Of a DNA stretch of 64,000 bases, positions 45,177-55,154 are shown piece by piece. The notes below the pieces were generated by a model. That model worked only from the letters and a program-made list of their open reading frames with translations, made no database searches and was not told the DNA's origin. Each line of letters begins with the position of its first letter. Within the stretch, counting starts at the first letter, position 1. The stretch covers positions 1 to 64,000 of IMG/VR virus record IMGVR_UViG_3300035661_000001; one strand, 5' to 3'. A program made the position numbers and the translations under genes.

Positions 45177-45833
45177 ATGAGATATCCGATCGCTAAGCTT
45201 CCAAAAGCCATCGAAATGGTAATCGATTATGAACTTTGCTCTCGTCGCAAGTATCGTAAGCCTATTACCATTAAGGTCGATACTGCCGAAACATTCAATT
45301 ACTATTGCAAAGGGATTCAAAACAAGATTGGATTTGTTATTGATCTATCTTTGATTCTTAAGCAAGCTCCGATTGATCCTGGGCTGATGAATCGGCTACA
45401 AGCCATCAAAGGTAAATCCGTTGCCAACTATGGCATTCAATGGGGGTCTGCTAACGGTGATCTTTCTGTTGGCAGTGGCATAGTAAACACTGATAAGACT
45501 CTTCGACCAATTAATCCTGGAACAGTTATTGTTAAAGGATACGTAGGTCGCACTGATCACATCATATCAGCGACGGCATTTTTTCATCCTAGCAATGCTA
45601 TGCCGATCATTGAAGACATATCTCTGTCTGATCGTGAACGAATGTTGATGTTTGTTTTTGCCAAGTTGAGCGGAACCGAGCAGGCAGTTGCCTTGTCACG
45701 TTTGAACACCACCTATGATGAGATAGCTGCTTTGTTTAAAAAACAAGCTATTCGACATAATCATGGCGGATATGAAATTACTATGGTTGGAATGTCCGCG
45801 GCTTCAGAATATCCAGAAATGGATAGGTGGTAA
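45177..45833 (+). CDS. hypothetical protein (paralog of 44486-45148)
   Basis: KGY..FHPS...LSDRER..ALSRLN. Confidence 0.75.
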   Translation: MRYPIAKLPKAIEMVIDYELCSRRKYRKPITIKVDTAETFNYYCKGIQNKIGFVIDLSLILKQAPIDPGLMNRLQAIKGKSVANYGIQWGSANGDLSVGSGIVNTDKTLRPINPGTVIVKGYVGRTDHIISATAFFHPSNAMPIIEDISLSDRERMLMFVFAKLSGTEQAVALSRLNTTYDEIAALFKKQAIRHNHGGYEITMVGMSAASEYPEMDRW

Positions 45834-45988
45834 ATGAAACAGTTAATCATTGGGGAAAAGACCCATCGTTCTTTAATTTCAGCTCTGGTTGATCTGGAAA
45901 TTTTCCTTATCGCAGAACATGAATCAACAGATGAAGTAAAGATTCTGTTGGCAACAGTCAGAGCAGCTAAAGACATCGAGACCAAAAA

Positions 45989-46387
45989 ATGAATCCTCAA
46001 ATCTTCATGATGTACAACCGGGCTATGGATTACTCGAATGATGATTCTCTGCCCGAGTATCTTCGCCGTGCTTTTCAGAAGATTGCCAATTTGATTTCTG
46101 AAGGGAATGCTCTTCAAGCACTTGAGCAGCTATGTCAGTTCCGTGCTCTAGAAAAACTTTGGAAGGGGAATTTCAAACCTTTTGAAGAGAGTTCGGATGA
46201 ACTCGCCGTCGCAATGATTTCAGCAGCTCAAAGTACGGATGTACTGAATCAGATCAAAAAGAGCATGGGACCGTGGGCAGTAACTCCAATTCCTGTCGTA
46301 ATGTTCAGGGCTCGTGAGATTAGTTTGAAGGCTATTTCTGAAGGAAAGAAAGCTCTTGCCGAAGAGAAATTGGCTAAGGAGATATAA
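45989..46387 (+). CDS. hypothetical helical protein
   Basis: ORF track. Confidence 0.7.
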   Translation: MNPQIFMMYNRAMDYSNDDSLPEYLRRAFQKIANLISEGNALQALEQLCQFRALEKLWKGNFKPFEESSDELAVAMISAAQSTDVLNQIKKSMGPWAVTPIPVVMFRAREISLKAISEGKKALAEEKLAKEI

Positions 46388-46389
46388 AT

Positions 46390-46830
46390 ATGCCAGTCAG
46401 AATCGATCATGATTATGATGACGACGACAATGAGTCCTTGTCAAAACGTTATGGCTTGGATAAACGAACAGTTCATATGTTGCCGGCTAAATGCCCAGAA
46501 TATCCTAGTTCGGTACAAATCCCCTTTGTTTATCCTCAGTATGATCCTGAGGTGAATCGAGATGCAAATAAGGCATGGCTAGGAATGAATAACAGTAATA
46601 GTGGTGGTAGTGGTTATGGACGCAATTATGCCAATACTCCTTATTGGAGACGGTATGCTGCTATCCTGGAAAAAAATGGACGTAGAGCCTTCGCCAAGAT
46701 TGTAATCCAGGAAGACCTGGAACCTTGGGCAAAGAAGAGAGGCTTTTCTATTTTGAAACAATTTAGAATGCACGGGTCCATTAACGAAAAAATGGAGAAG
46801 ACGGAGTTTAGCAGAAGTGATCCCAAGTAA
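46390..46830 (+). CDS. hypothetical protein
   Basis: AGGAG SD. Confidence 0.7.
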   Translation: MPVRIDHDYDDDDNESLSKRYGLDKRTVHMLPAKCPEYPSSVQIPFVYPQYDPEVNRDANKAWLGMNNSNSGGSGYGRNYANTPYWRRYAAILEKNGRRAFAKIVIQEDLEPWAKKRGFSILKQFRMHGSINEKMEKTEFSRSDPK

Positions 46831-47077
46831 AAGTTCTTACCTCCAAGAATGGATTGAGTTGTATAGAGGGCATGTTTTGGATTGTGCCCGGCTCGCAGCA
46901 TGGCTTACCATAGAGATGGCTCGTGAACACATTCAATTGAGAATGGATCATGCACCTGGGACCTATGAATGGGCGATCTATTATCATGTTCTCCCATCTT
47001 CAGGAGAACGAGTTGATCCTAAAAAAGAAGTGATCACCAAATTGATAAAAAAATTCTTGGAGGAAGAAAATGAATAA
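46817..47077 (+). CDS. hypothetical protein
   Basis: GGAG SD; overlap. Confidence 0.6.
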   Translation: MIPSKSSYLQEWIELYRGHVLDCARLAAWLTIEMAREHIQLRMDHAPGTYEWAIYYHVLPSSGERVDPKKEVITKLIKKFLEEENE

Positions 47078-47334
47078 CTATCAAAGCCTTATTGTCAAGG
47101 TTGGATCAACTAGTATTCATAAAGTAAATCCAGTTCGATCCGCGTTTCGAGACATGGTTCCTAATCAAACACTTGTGATTGGTGAGCCTGCCGACACCGG
47201 GTATCTGAGATGCCATACGGCATGAAAGAAACTATGCAGGGCGCAACCAACAGAGCAGAAGCTGTGTGGAGTCCCGGTATTATTTCTTTTGGAATTGAAG
47301 GTGGAATGATTGATCTACCGAATCTTTCTCCTTT

Positions 47335-47778
47335 TTGGAAAAGATTTATTTCTTATCTGGAGACTACGGCAGACATATCATGTTGATGAACATCGATTCA
47401 ATGTGCGATTCTGAGGCTGGATTAAAAATCTTTAGGGAGTACGACAGAAGAGGATCCGTTGCTTATTGTGATTTTAAGAACGATCATGAAGAAATATATC
47501 TTTGGAAATTAGCTCCAATGATCAACGACGCTACCAAGCTAGGCATTCCTGCTTATGTCTCTGTCCTCTACAGAGATCCTGTAGTCTGCTACTACATCAT
47601 TCCTCTTAATGACATCTGCAAAGCTATTCCAACCATGAGCAAACCAAAGTTCTTATCTGAGACCAACTATATTAAGTTCCTGCATTATATGAGGAAGATT
47701 CAAGTTGATCCAAAAGTTCTTGAAGGAAAGAATTCAATCGTGCCAGCAAATCTACCACTACCAAACATAAAGAGATAA
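47335..47778 (+). CDS. hypothetical protein
   Basis: ORF track; start uncertain. Confidence 0.6.
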   Translation: MEKIYFLSGDYGRHIMLMNIDSMCDSEAGLKIFREYDRRGSVAYCDFKNDHEEIYLWKLAPMINDATKLGIPAYVSVLYRDPVVCYYIIPLNDICKAIPTMSKPKFLSETNYIKFLHYMRKIQVDPKVLEGKNSIVPANLPLPNIKR

Positions 47779-47779
47779 T

Positions 47780-48109
47780 ATGAAAAAACTAATCGCCTTC
47801 TTTCTAATCGCTACTTCAACTCTTGCTTGCGCTCTTACCGTCATTGTCGAGGAACCTTGTTTAACCTGCTCTGATGCAATCCTTGGAGCTACCTTGACCG
47901 AAGTTAACGCTTGCTCAGGTTCCTTGGAACTTTGGCAAACCTACAAGAGCCAAGTTTGCGAACCTGACTCTCTGTGCGTTGTCTATTGCATCAAAAGCTT
48001 ATGCAATGATAAAGCGCCTTCTCCAGATTGCAGATCATGCGCTAGATTTGGAACCGTTGAAGTTCCACAACAAGATTTTAACTATGCAACCTGCAACGCA
48101 GATAAATAG
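47780..48109 (+). CDS. secreted or lipoprotein, Cys-rich
   Basis: Signal peptide TLAC, about 10 Cys. Confidence 0.7.
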   Translation: MKKLIAFFLIATSTLACALTVIVEEPCLTCSDAILGATLTEVNACSGSLELWQTYKSQVCEPDSLCVVYCIKSLCNDKAPSPDCRSCARFGTVEVPQQDFNYATCNADK

Positions 48110-48413
48110 GGAACCATATGAAACTCACTCGACCAATCTTTATAACTCTCTTATCAGCTAACGTTCTCAGCATCGCGCTTAGCCTTGCTCAGTTAATCAG
48201 GCTAATCTAATTAATCCGTCTATCATCATTCATCATGGCGCCCATTCGGGCGCTTATCATCAGCGTAATCGGTGTAATATTGAGGTTTACCGGCAGCTGA
48301 AGTTTTGTTCAGTGGATCATTTAATGTTCAGGTAGCCGTTTCTACTAAGAGGAAGCGGCGCCTGAGATTAATCTAAAAAAAAGTGTTGACCTTGGTTCCG
48401 GCGCTTCACAGAG

Positions 48414-48698
48414 ATGATTGGGAATTCTTTCTCTGTTCCCAAAATTTATCTTTGCATGGCAGTTGTTGCAATGAAAGATACCAATGGGAAAATATACTAC
48501 TCAACATCCGCGGGAATGCAATTTCCTGCCTGGGTTGTAGAGCAAGCTCAAAAAAATAACATAACTACTGGTCAAGCTTTAGTTAATGTTTATGGAGGGG
48601 ATCCGACGGACCCTCGTAGTATTGTTTCATTTGGCAGGACCCATCGAAGTGATTCGATTGAGGAAGCTGTTAAATTGGTAATGTATAACGTTTTCTGA
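48414..48698 (+). CDS. hypothetical protein
   Basis: ORF track; likely start ATG 48456. Confidence 0.5.
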   Translation: MIGNSFSVPKIYLCMAVVAMKDTNGKIYYSTSAGMQFPAWVVEQAQKNNITTGQALVNVYGGDPTDPRSIVSFGRTHRSDSIEEAVKLVMYNVF

Positions 48699-48716
48699 TT
48701 AACAGGAAGAAAAATC

Positions 48717-49367
48717 ATGAAAGTTCAAATCGAAGGTAGTTCGGGTGATGTTCGCGGTCTGTTCAATGACGCAGCTGCGGCTAAAGAACTGGCGCTCGCT
48801 CAGCTTCAGTTTACCTCTTTGCAAAAAGAACTTGCCGTTTCTGATTCCAAACTGACAGAATCTACCCAGGAAGTGGATGCTCTCAGAAAGAATTTGAGCC
48901 TGGCAGCTCAGAAATGGGGCGATGCAAGCAGTGGACTGAATGCTTTGCGCATGGAGTTGGGTTCCAAGAACGCGCACATTGCCGGTCAAGATGCAGAGAT
49001 TCAGAGACTCAAGTTCGTGATGAGCGATCCCGTTAAACTTTCTGATGATCAAGAGGCTCATGTGGAAGAGCTATATCAGAAGATGGTGGAACAGTACAAC
49101 ATCAAACCTTTGTTGGTCGCCACGGATGCTCCGGGAAATAAACCGATCAGCGCAGAATATGTTATCACCACCATTTTTGATTGCTTGGCTAATGGAGATA
49201 AGATTGGTGCTTGCAAAGAAATTCGTGCAGCATCTGGTATGCCTTTGGTGAGAACCAAGAAAATGATTGAAGCCGCGCTTTTTGCTTTTGGTTGCAAGGT
49301 TAATGAGAAGGGCATCCCGCAACCGACCGTCGTTATCAGACCCAGGTCTGCTGAAAAGACGGAATAA
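48717..49367 (+). CDS. coiled-coil protein with ribosomal bL12 C-terminal-like domain
   Basis: GDKIGACKEIRAASGMPLVRTKKMIE resembles the bL12 CTD (K...IK.VR..TG.GL..AK..VE). Confidence 0.7.
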   Translation: MKVQIEGSSGDVRGLFNDAAAAKELALAQLQFTSLQKELAVSDSKLTESTQEVDALRKNLSLAAQKWGDASSGLNALRMELGSKNAHIAGQDAEIQRLKFVMSDPVKLSDDQEAHVEELYQKMVEQYNIKPLLVATDAPGNKPISAEYVITTIFDCLANGDKIGACKEIRAASGMPLVRTKKMIEAALFAFGCKVNEKGIPQPTVVIRPRSAEKTE

Positions 49368-49773
49368 GATTTGCCAAAAAATTGGGGGCATGATGAATGT
49401 TCCCCGGTTTAGGCAATTATGGAATAGCTTCTGGCGAAGAGAGAGAGAGAGCAGCTTTGTTGCCGCATTTATCAGCTAGTGGAAGTTTTCTAGAGATGAA
49501 TATTAATCTTTAGCAGTTTGATCCATCGGTAATGATAAGTGTTAGATCGTTGAAAACGGAAGAAGTTATTTGTCCAAGCTGATTGTCGTGACCAAGAAGA
49601 AAAATACGTTGTGTTAGGCACCGCGATGTGAAAATCCGGGCGGGCTTCATTGTCCGCCAACGTACCAATGATGTGGCTAAGATGCTGGGATGATATCCCG
49701 GAGATGTAAGTATCCAGTCTTACTATTCTAGGTTTCTTCTAATAAGCCGCATTGTTTTTAAAGAGAATAATAT

Positions 49774-50001
49774 ATGTCTACCTCACATGGTGTAGAACCA
49801 ATTTCAAAACCGAATGATAGCCCTTGTGGCATCTGTGGCGGAGAAAATAATAACTACGATGACTGCGGTTTTTTCTACGTCTTAAGTGATACAGTGCATC
49901 CTAATTGTACTGATTATGAAACCTGGGATAAAGAAAAGCTTGGCAAATCTTTTTATGTCCCTACTTGTGGATGCGTTGAGTTCTATACTTCGGAGCGATA
50001 A
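49774..50001 (+). CDS. small Zn-binding protein
   Basis: CGICG...C...HPNC...CGC. Confidence 0.6.
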   Translation: MSTSHGVEPISKPNDSPCGICGGENNNYDDCGFFYVLSDTVHPNCTDYETWDKEKLGKSFYVPTCGCVEFYTSER

Positions 50002-50462
50002 TGAGTAAAAAAGACACGGCCAAAGAAGCTATCGCTAAACGGCGTGATAGTCAAATGGAAAAAATGCCTATCATCAAAAATGGTAAAGGCTATCCGGGTA
50101 AAATAGGTCAAGAAAAACCTACTCCACCTGTCATGTTACCCATCCGTGCAGTCGCCCCGCCGCCACCTGAAAGGGCTATCAAGCCAGAACAAAAACAGGA
50201 AGTCATTCAGGCTCTATTAGATGCTTGGTTGAAGTTCCCCTACTTAAGATTAGGTCAACTAGTTTGCTTGGCTTCTGATCTTTCTTCTCCATTCTACGTG
50301 GAAGATGGAACGCTTAAAGCAACATTGCTTGGTTTTGATCATCAAAAAATTCGTTGTGACAGTTTGTCCCATAGTCGCACTATGCAGTGTACTATGGAAT
50401 ACGGTCATGATGACGACCGTCATTTCAACCATTTGGTTGGGATGGCTTGGAAACGTTTTTAA
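50001..50462 (+). CDS. hypothetical protein
   Basis: AWLKFPYLRLGQLV motif; C-terminal Cys/His cluster. Confidence 0.7.
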   Translation: MSKKDTAKEAIAKRRDSQMEKMPIIKNGKGYPGKIGQEKPTPPVMLPIRAVAPPPPERAIKPEQKQEVIQALLDAWLKFPYLRLGQLVCLASDLSSPFYVEDGTLKATLLGFDHQKIRCDSLSHSRTMQCTMEYGHDDDRHFNHLVGMAWKRF

Positions 50463-50477
50463 CTAGGAGATCATTTC

Positions 50478-50903
50478 GTGACTATCTATCCTCGCCATAC
50501 TGTATACATTGTGGATACAAAACGTCTTCCATTCGAGCCTTCAATGGTTGATGTGTTGGAGGGATACGCTTACTTCAAAGATAAGTATCAAGCGCTCCCT
50601 TCTGAGATTGTGTTCGAGGAAAGAAATGATAACGACGCATCTCGCTGCAAATGCTGCGGAGATCGTGGCGTAACATATTCTGCCATGGTTTTTTCTCGTT
50701 CGGTATTCAACGAGAATTATGATGCAGAAGTTCTTGCTTGGAGAAAAGCCATCGCAGAGCGCGATCAGCTTGTTCAAGCAGCGGCGCTGAAGTTAAAGAT
50801 CGAAAATGATTCCAAGTTGGCTCGTTTGGCATGGAAGGGTCTTCATAGGCAAGAAAGAATTACCAGAAAAGATCTCGGACGTTCAACCCTTTTGCGGGGT
50901 TAA
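50478..50903 (+). CDS. hypothetical protein
   Basis: AGGAG SD. Confidence 0.7.
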   Translation: MTIYPRHTVYIVDTKRLPFEPSMVDVLEGYAYFKDKYQALPSEIVFEERNDNDASRCKCCGDRGVTYSAMVFSRSVFNENYDAEVLAWRKAIAERDQLVQAAALKLKIENDSKLARLAWKGLHRQERITRKDLGRSTLLRG

Positions 50904-50908
50904 ACATA

Positions 50909-51369
50909 TTGATTTATAAATCAATATGTTTAACAAGTAGAGCTGTCCGCCATGAAGTAACAAGAGTTTCTAACTCTTTTAGAGAGGCATTTCATTTAAG
51001 ATGGTTAGCCCTCCAACTAATTACCCAAACATTTCCTTTAATGTATCCTTTTGATGCATCAATTCTATCTAATGATGGACTAGAATTTGAACGTTGTTTT
51101 TCAGATATAGATAAAGGTATATTGAAAATTGGGCAAAGGGTGGGAACGATAATATCGCTAAGTTCAATAGAAAATTCTATACCAGCTTTTTTGGCTCTTG
51201 CTTTAGCGCGCTGATAAAGTACCTTACTAGTATCTTTACTTACCCATCGAGTATAACGTGTGCGTCTAGCAGCAGGAGAAGAAGACGGAGATTTTTTCCA
51301 CCATCCAGGATGATTTTTCTTCCACTGACGATGATGCTCTCTTTTTTCTTCAGGATTTTTATTTTGCAT
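50909..51369 (-). pseudogene. HNH homing endonuclease with in-frame TGA near the C-terminus
   Basis: CPIF...SPSLDRID..KGYIKGNVWVISWRANHLK*NASLKELE; the reading frame continues after the stop at 50992-50994. Confidence 0.75.
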
Positions 51370-51427
51370 GAATGCTTTATATCATAATCCAATTTAAGTT
51401 TAAAACTCTCAACAAAAGATAAATAAA

Positions 51428-52042
51428 ATGTCGAAATCTATTTCTTTGAAGATGTTTCTCAATCGCGCCGTGCATGCCAAAAGTGCTGAGGCTTTTTTGG
51501 AAGGTCATAGAGAATGGCTGGAGAATGGCGAACTGGCTGACGAGGCAATGCCCATTCTGGCAAAATTGGATGCCAAGGAAGTTCTTCCGGCTCCTAGCCT
51601 GGAAGCTTTGTGTCAGCTTGCTGCCAGCCATATGATCGCTCAGTTCAACTCTGAGCCAATCGATCAGGGTGAGCGCCAGTCGCGATCCTCGAAACCTTAT
51701 GTTGCTGTCATCAAGAATGCCTTGGGCAATGTTGTTGTCGTGAAGGATGGCAATAAAGAAAAAGAACTTCGTTCTGGTTTCGATCGTCTTCAGGATGCTG
51801 AAGGTTGGGTTCAGCGGCGACTTTCCGAGACTAGCTCCATTTGGAATGGTGAAGTGACCTGCGCCAAGGTTCTTGATAAGGATGGCGCTCCGGTTGTTTT
51901 CAAGACTACCCGTGAGAATGCTATTCGTGCCCAGGCTCCCAAGAAGAAGAGTGCATTCATGCACACTCGTCGTGGTAGCGGTGGACTTTCCAATACCAAG
52001 GTTCCTGTCAATCCTACCCACGTTCGTTTCTCGCGAGGTTAA
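51428..52042 (+). CDS. hypothetical protein
   Basis: 204 aa; strong codon bias. Confidence 0.8.
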   Translation: MSKSISLKMFLNRAVHAKSAEAFLEGHREWLENGELADEAMPILAKLDAKEVLPAPSLEALCQLAASHMIAQFNSEPIDQGERQSRSSKPYVAVIKNALGNVVVVKDGNKEKELRSGFDRLQDAEGWVQRRLSETSSIWNGEVTCAKVLDKDGAPVVFKTTRENAIRAQAPKKKSAFMHTRRGSGGLSNTKVPVNPTHVRFSRG

Positions 52043-52044
52043 AG

Positions 52045-52374
52045 ATGAGGAGTTTTTATTTTGTACTTCTTGTTGGTTTGGCTGGGTGCCAGCTCAATAC
52101 ACCACCTCAGCCTGGCTGGCATATTCAGAACAACACGGTTTGTTTCTCTGATCGTGCGGGGGTCGCTTCATGGAAGCATTGTGCTTCTCTGAGTGCAGAT
52201 CAAAAGACGAATTGTCAGTCGAGAAGTTTGACCGATCAATTCGGTCATCCGTTTGACAGGACGCCGGTTGATGTGTTCTACCATTCTCCCAATGGTGTGT
52301 CCAAAGTGAAAGTCATCTCTGGAGAATACCAGGATAAAGAATTCTACTGCCCTACCGAACGGGTATGGAAGTAA
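52045..52374 (+). CDS. putative lipoprotein
   Basis: GLAGC lipobox. Confidence 0.7.
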   Translation: MRSFYFVLLVGLAGCQLNTPPQPGWHIQNNTVCFSDRAGVASWKHCASLSADQKTNCQSRSLTDQFGHPFDRTPVDVFYHSPNGVSKVKVISGEYQDKEFYCPTERVWK

Positions 52375-52375
52375 T

Positions 52376-52600
52376 ATGAGCTGTCCATTTGATGTTGCGT
52401 GGGTTGGTTCTTGTAATTGGGAAAGTGTCAAGAATCATCCCATGTGCGAAAATCATATCGGTCTTAAATGTACTGTTTGTGGAAAGCAAGCGTACAAAGA
52501 ATGTTCTTACATTTCAGATAAGCTTTGTCGAGCGCTGCTTTGTAAGACGTGCAAGCACGAACATGTTCGTGCGAAAATAAACCAAAAACCTGCTCCGTAA
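52376..52600 (+). CDS. small Cys-rich Zn-finger protein
   Basis: Several CxxC. Confidence 0.6.
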   Translation: MSCPFDVAWVGSCNWESVKNHPMCENHIGLKCTVCGKQAYKECSYISDKLCRALLCKTCKHEHVRAKINQKPAP

Positions 52601-52627
52601 ATAGGAAGCAAACAATAAAGGATCAAT

Positions 52628-52996
52628 TTGAGTAAAGTGTTTGTATATGGATCACTTCGTCAGGGCGGGTCTCTGAACGGAGTTCTCTATAATTCTGAAT
52701 GTGTTTCACAAGTTCGTACCAAGCCTGAATACACTTTGTACTCGCTAGGTGCTTTTCCATGCCTATGCGCTGGCGGGAAGCAAGCAGTACTCGGAGAAGT
52801 GTACGAGGTTTCAAAAGAAAAACTGGATCATCTAGATCGTATTGAGGGGCATCCGTATCTGTATGTCCGAACTCCAATCGTTCTGGAAGATAATACAGAA
52901 GCAGAAGTCTATCTCTTTCCTCAAGAGCCATTGAACAACGAAGTTGTTGAGGGTGGAGATTGGATTAAGTTTCAAGGATCAATCGATATCTTCTGA
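52628..52996 (+). CDS. gamma-glutamylcyclotransferase (AIG2/YtfP-like)
   Basis: VFVYGSLRQG...FPCL...VLGEVYEV...LDRIEGHP..YVR. Confidence 0.9.
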   Translation: MSKVFVYGSLRQGGSLNGVLYNSECVSQVRTKPEYTLYSLGAFPCLCAGGKQAVLGEVYEVSKEKLDHLDRIEGHPYLYVRTPIVLEDNTEAEVYLFPQEPLNNEVVEGGDWIKFQGSIDIF

Positions 52997-53004
52997 GGAT
53001 TTAT

Positions 53005-53442
53005 ATGAAATATGATTCTCCACAAAATCTACAAGATGCGTTAGGGGCGGGCAGATCATATCCAACTTGTGATAGTTGGTATCCTTCTATTGGTCGAGGG
53101 CACTATCATAAACCAAAAGTTTTTGAGGAGTGTGAGTGCTGGGAATGCCAAACGATCCCTCGTGACAAACGCCAAGTAATGGCTGCTTATGATTGGGAAA
53201 AAGGAGGATTAGTAAAGTCGTTCATAACGATTTATAATACTGTCCAATACTTTAACCCTAAGTACTATCCTAAAGGATCAACGCCACCTCCTTACATAGC
53301 AAGGGTTTCTTTTTGGGGAGATGACGATTTTGGAATGGAGAAATTTTTTGAGTATGAAGAAGATGCGCGTTATTTCGTATGTCACCTACCTTCGTACATT
53401 TCTAAGGAATTTTTATTTGATAATGGTTTTTTAACAATATAA
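53005..53442 (+). CDS. hypothetical protein
   Basis: GAGG SD; CECWEC; W.GDDDFGME. Confidence 0.7.
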   Translation: MKYDSPQNLQDALGAGRSYPTCDSWYPSIGRGHYHKPKVFEECECWECQTIPRDKRQVMAAYDWEKGGLVKSFITIYNTVQYFNPKYYPKGSTPPPYIARVSFWGDDDFGMEKFFEYEEDARYFVCHLPSYISKEFLFDNGFLTI

Positions 53443-53449
53443 AAATTCC

Positions 53450-54010
53450 TTAGACAAAATGTTTGATAGTAACAAGTCTGCATAAACGAATAAATTCTTC
53501 AGATGTTAAATCAGATTTTCCTGCATTGATGGAAGTTAGTACCCATTGCAAATTGTCAATAGTATTTAATCCTCCTTTGCATTTTGGAATAATATGATCT
53601 AAACTTGCATTTTGTCCAACGATAAGCTGTTCTCCGGTATAAAAACATTTACCTTCTTGTTTGTCCCATAACTTTTTAATCGCTTCAACATTGGAAGTAG
53701 CTCCAGTGATTTGAGATGATTTTTGTAACCACCAACATGTTTCACAGTTTGTGATCCCGGGTATAGCAATACCTGTGGCGCAGTTACCACATAATCCTTT
53801 GGATCTTCGTGATGCGCGACGATCTTTCCAAGATGCATTACGTTTTTGCAAACAAAAATCACAATAGATAGATCCATTTTTTCTGATCGTTGGACGATTA
53901 TTCGGGCAACTTATACATAATCCAAATTTTTTTCTTTCGTCATTTTTACTTTTTTGATATGATGTTTGTTGCTCAACAACATCATTGTTTTGTTTTTCAA
54001 TCACATTCAA
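53450..54010 (-). mobile_element. HNH homing endonuclease with N-terminal Cys repeats
   Basis: GLCISC, GLCGNC; CFYTG...SLDHIIPKCKGG.N.IDNLQWV...N.GK. Confidence 0.85.
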
Positions 54011-54040
54011 CCATATAACATAAGGACAATATATATATAT

Positions 54041-54766
54041 ATGTGTGGCATTTCAGCTTACAGTGGTATCACCGATCCCAATGCTCGTACCATTCTGACT
54101 TCTTCTCTTGGGTCAGCTATTGTTTCGCGAGGCTTTGGTGGAGCTGGCTTTGTCAGCCTGGACGGTCAAGGCGGCGTTTTCCATCAGCGAACGATTGACC
54201 ATTGGCGCAAAGCCGATGAAGCTTTTATTCAGGCAGCGGCGGAGCATGAAACGTGTATGATGCACTCTCGTGGTCCGATGTCGAAGGTTGACACTGATGT
54301 TCATCCTTTTCCCATCGTTCGTAACGATCAGATCGTTATGTGGGGCGCTCACAATGGTATGTTCGATGATGGTTGGGGTAGTGCCCGAGCCAACGGTCGA
54401 CACATCACCGTGGATAGCATGGAGCTGTTCGAGCTTTTGGCTGACGGTCGTGTTGCCGATATGTCGAAGCTCCGTGGTTGGGGCGTCATTACTTGGGTGA
54501 CTTCTGATGATCCCAATACGATCAAGATCTGTCGTCTGAATGGTAGTAGCGAACTGGTTGCAGCCCATCTGGAAGAGGGCGGTGTGGTGATTGCTTCGAC
54601 CAAGGATATCTTGAAATTCGGAGTCTCTACGGCTCAGCTGAATATTCGAGAGATGATTCCTATGACGATTGGTCGTACCTATCTCATGAGCAATGGCAAT
54701 ATCACTCGTACTGACGAGGGCGTTACTCTCAAAGAAGAGTACATGGGTTGGGGTTCGTACGATTGA
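54041..54766 (+). CDS. class II (Ntn) glutamine amidotransferase-like protein
   Basis: Starts MCGI (Cys nucleophile); RG..GAG; HSR; AHNGM; DSM. Confidence 0.85.
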   Translation: MCGISAYSGITDPNARTILTSSLGSAIVSRGFGGAGFVSLDGQGGVFHQRTIDHWRKADEAFIQAAAEHETCMMHSRGPMSKVDTDVHPFPIVRNDQIVMWGAHNGMFDDGWGSARANGRHITVDSMELFELLADGRVADMSKLRGWGVITWVTSDDPNTIKICRLNGSSELVAAHLEEGGVVIASTKDILKFGVSTAQLNIREMIPMTIGRTYLMSNGNITRTDEGVTLKEEYMGWGSYD

Positions 54767-54812
54767 TTCGTTGAACTGAAATCAAATTCAAAACTGAAAG
54801 ATAGTTAATCTC

Positions 54813-55154
54813 GTGAAAGAATATACTGGTGGACTCCGTGCCGCGGGCAGCAAAGCTACTCAGAAGTTTGATCCGGCGGGCTTGGAAGATCTGACGGCTG
54901 TTATTGATCAGGTGCGAACTCGCTCTGAAGAATTGACTGCTCAGATCAATGCACTAAGGGAAGCTTCCCAACGTGGTTCGGAGTTCGCTATGTATATGAG
55001 AGCTAAGGCTCGGTTCATGACCGATCTTGAGTTTCTTTTCTTTCATGCTTCCGGTACGCTGCGTAAGACCGCCGAACTTAACTACGACTACAAGAGGTCT
55101 CTTGTTCTTGAACGAGTAGCTTTCGATTTTGGATATGGTTTTGCGATGGTATGA
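54813..55154 (+). CDS. hypothetical protein
   Basis: ORF track; GTG start. Confidence 0.65.
   Translation: MKEYTGGLRAAGSKATQKFDPAGLEDLTAVIDQVRTRSEELTAQINALREASQRGSEFAMYMRAKARFMTDLEFLFFHASGTLRKTAELNYDYKRSLVLERVAFDFGYGFAMV

Noticed and set aside
47200-47230. Hammerhead ribozyme
   Set aside because: CTGAGA-stem-GAAA lacks one nucleotide of CUGANGA, and no stem III or cleavage triplet is evident
48380-48415. Sigma70 promoter (A-tract, TTGACC)
   Set aside because: No matching -10 hexamer at 16-18 bp, and no recurring phage promoter motif could be established by eye
33134-49773. Canonical tmRNA, RNase P RNA or SRP RNA in the long non-coding gaps
   Set aside because: No G3-U70 GGGG..TCGAC/CCACCA pair with a tag frame, no GAGGAAAGTCC...CGGCTTA in the right order, and no SRP helix-8 match
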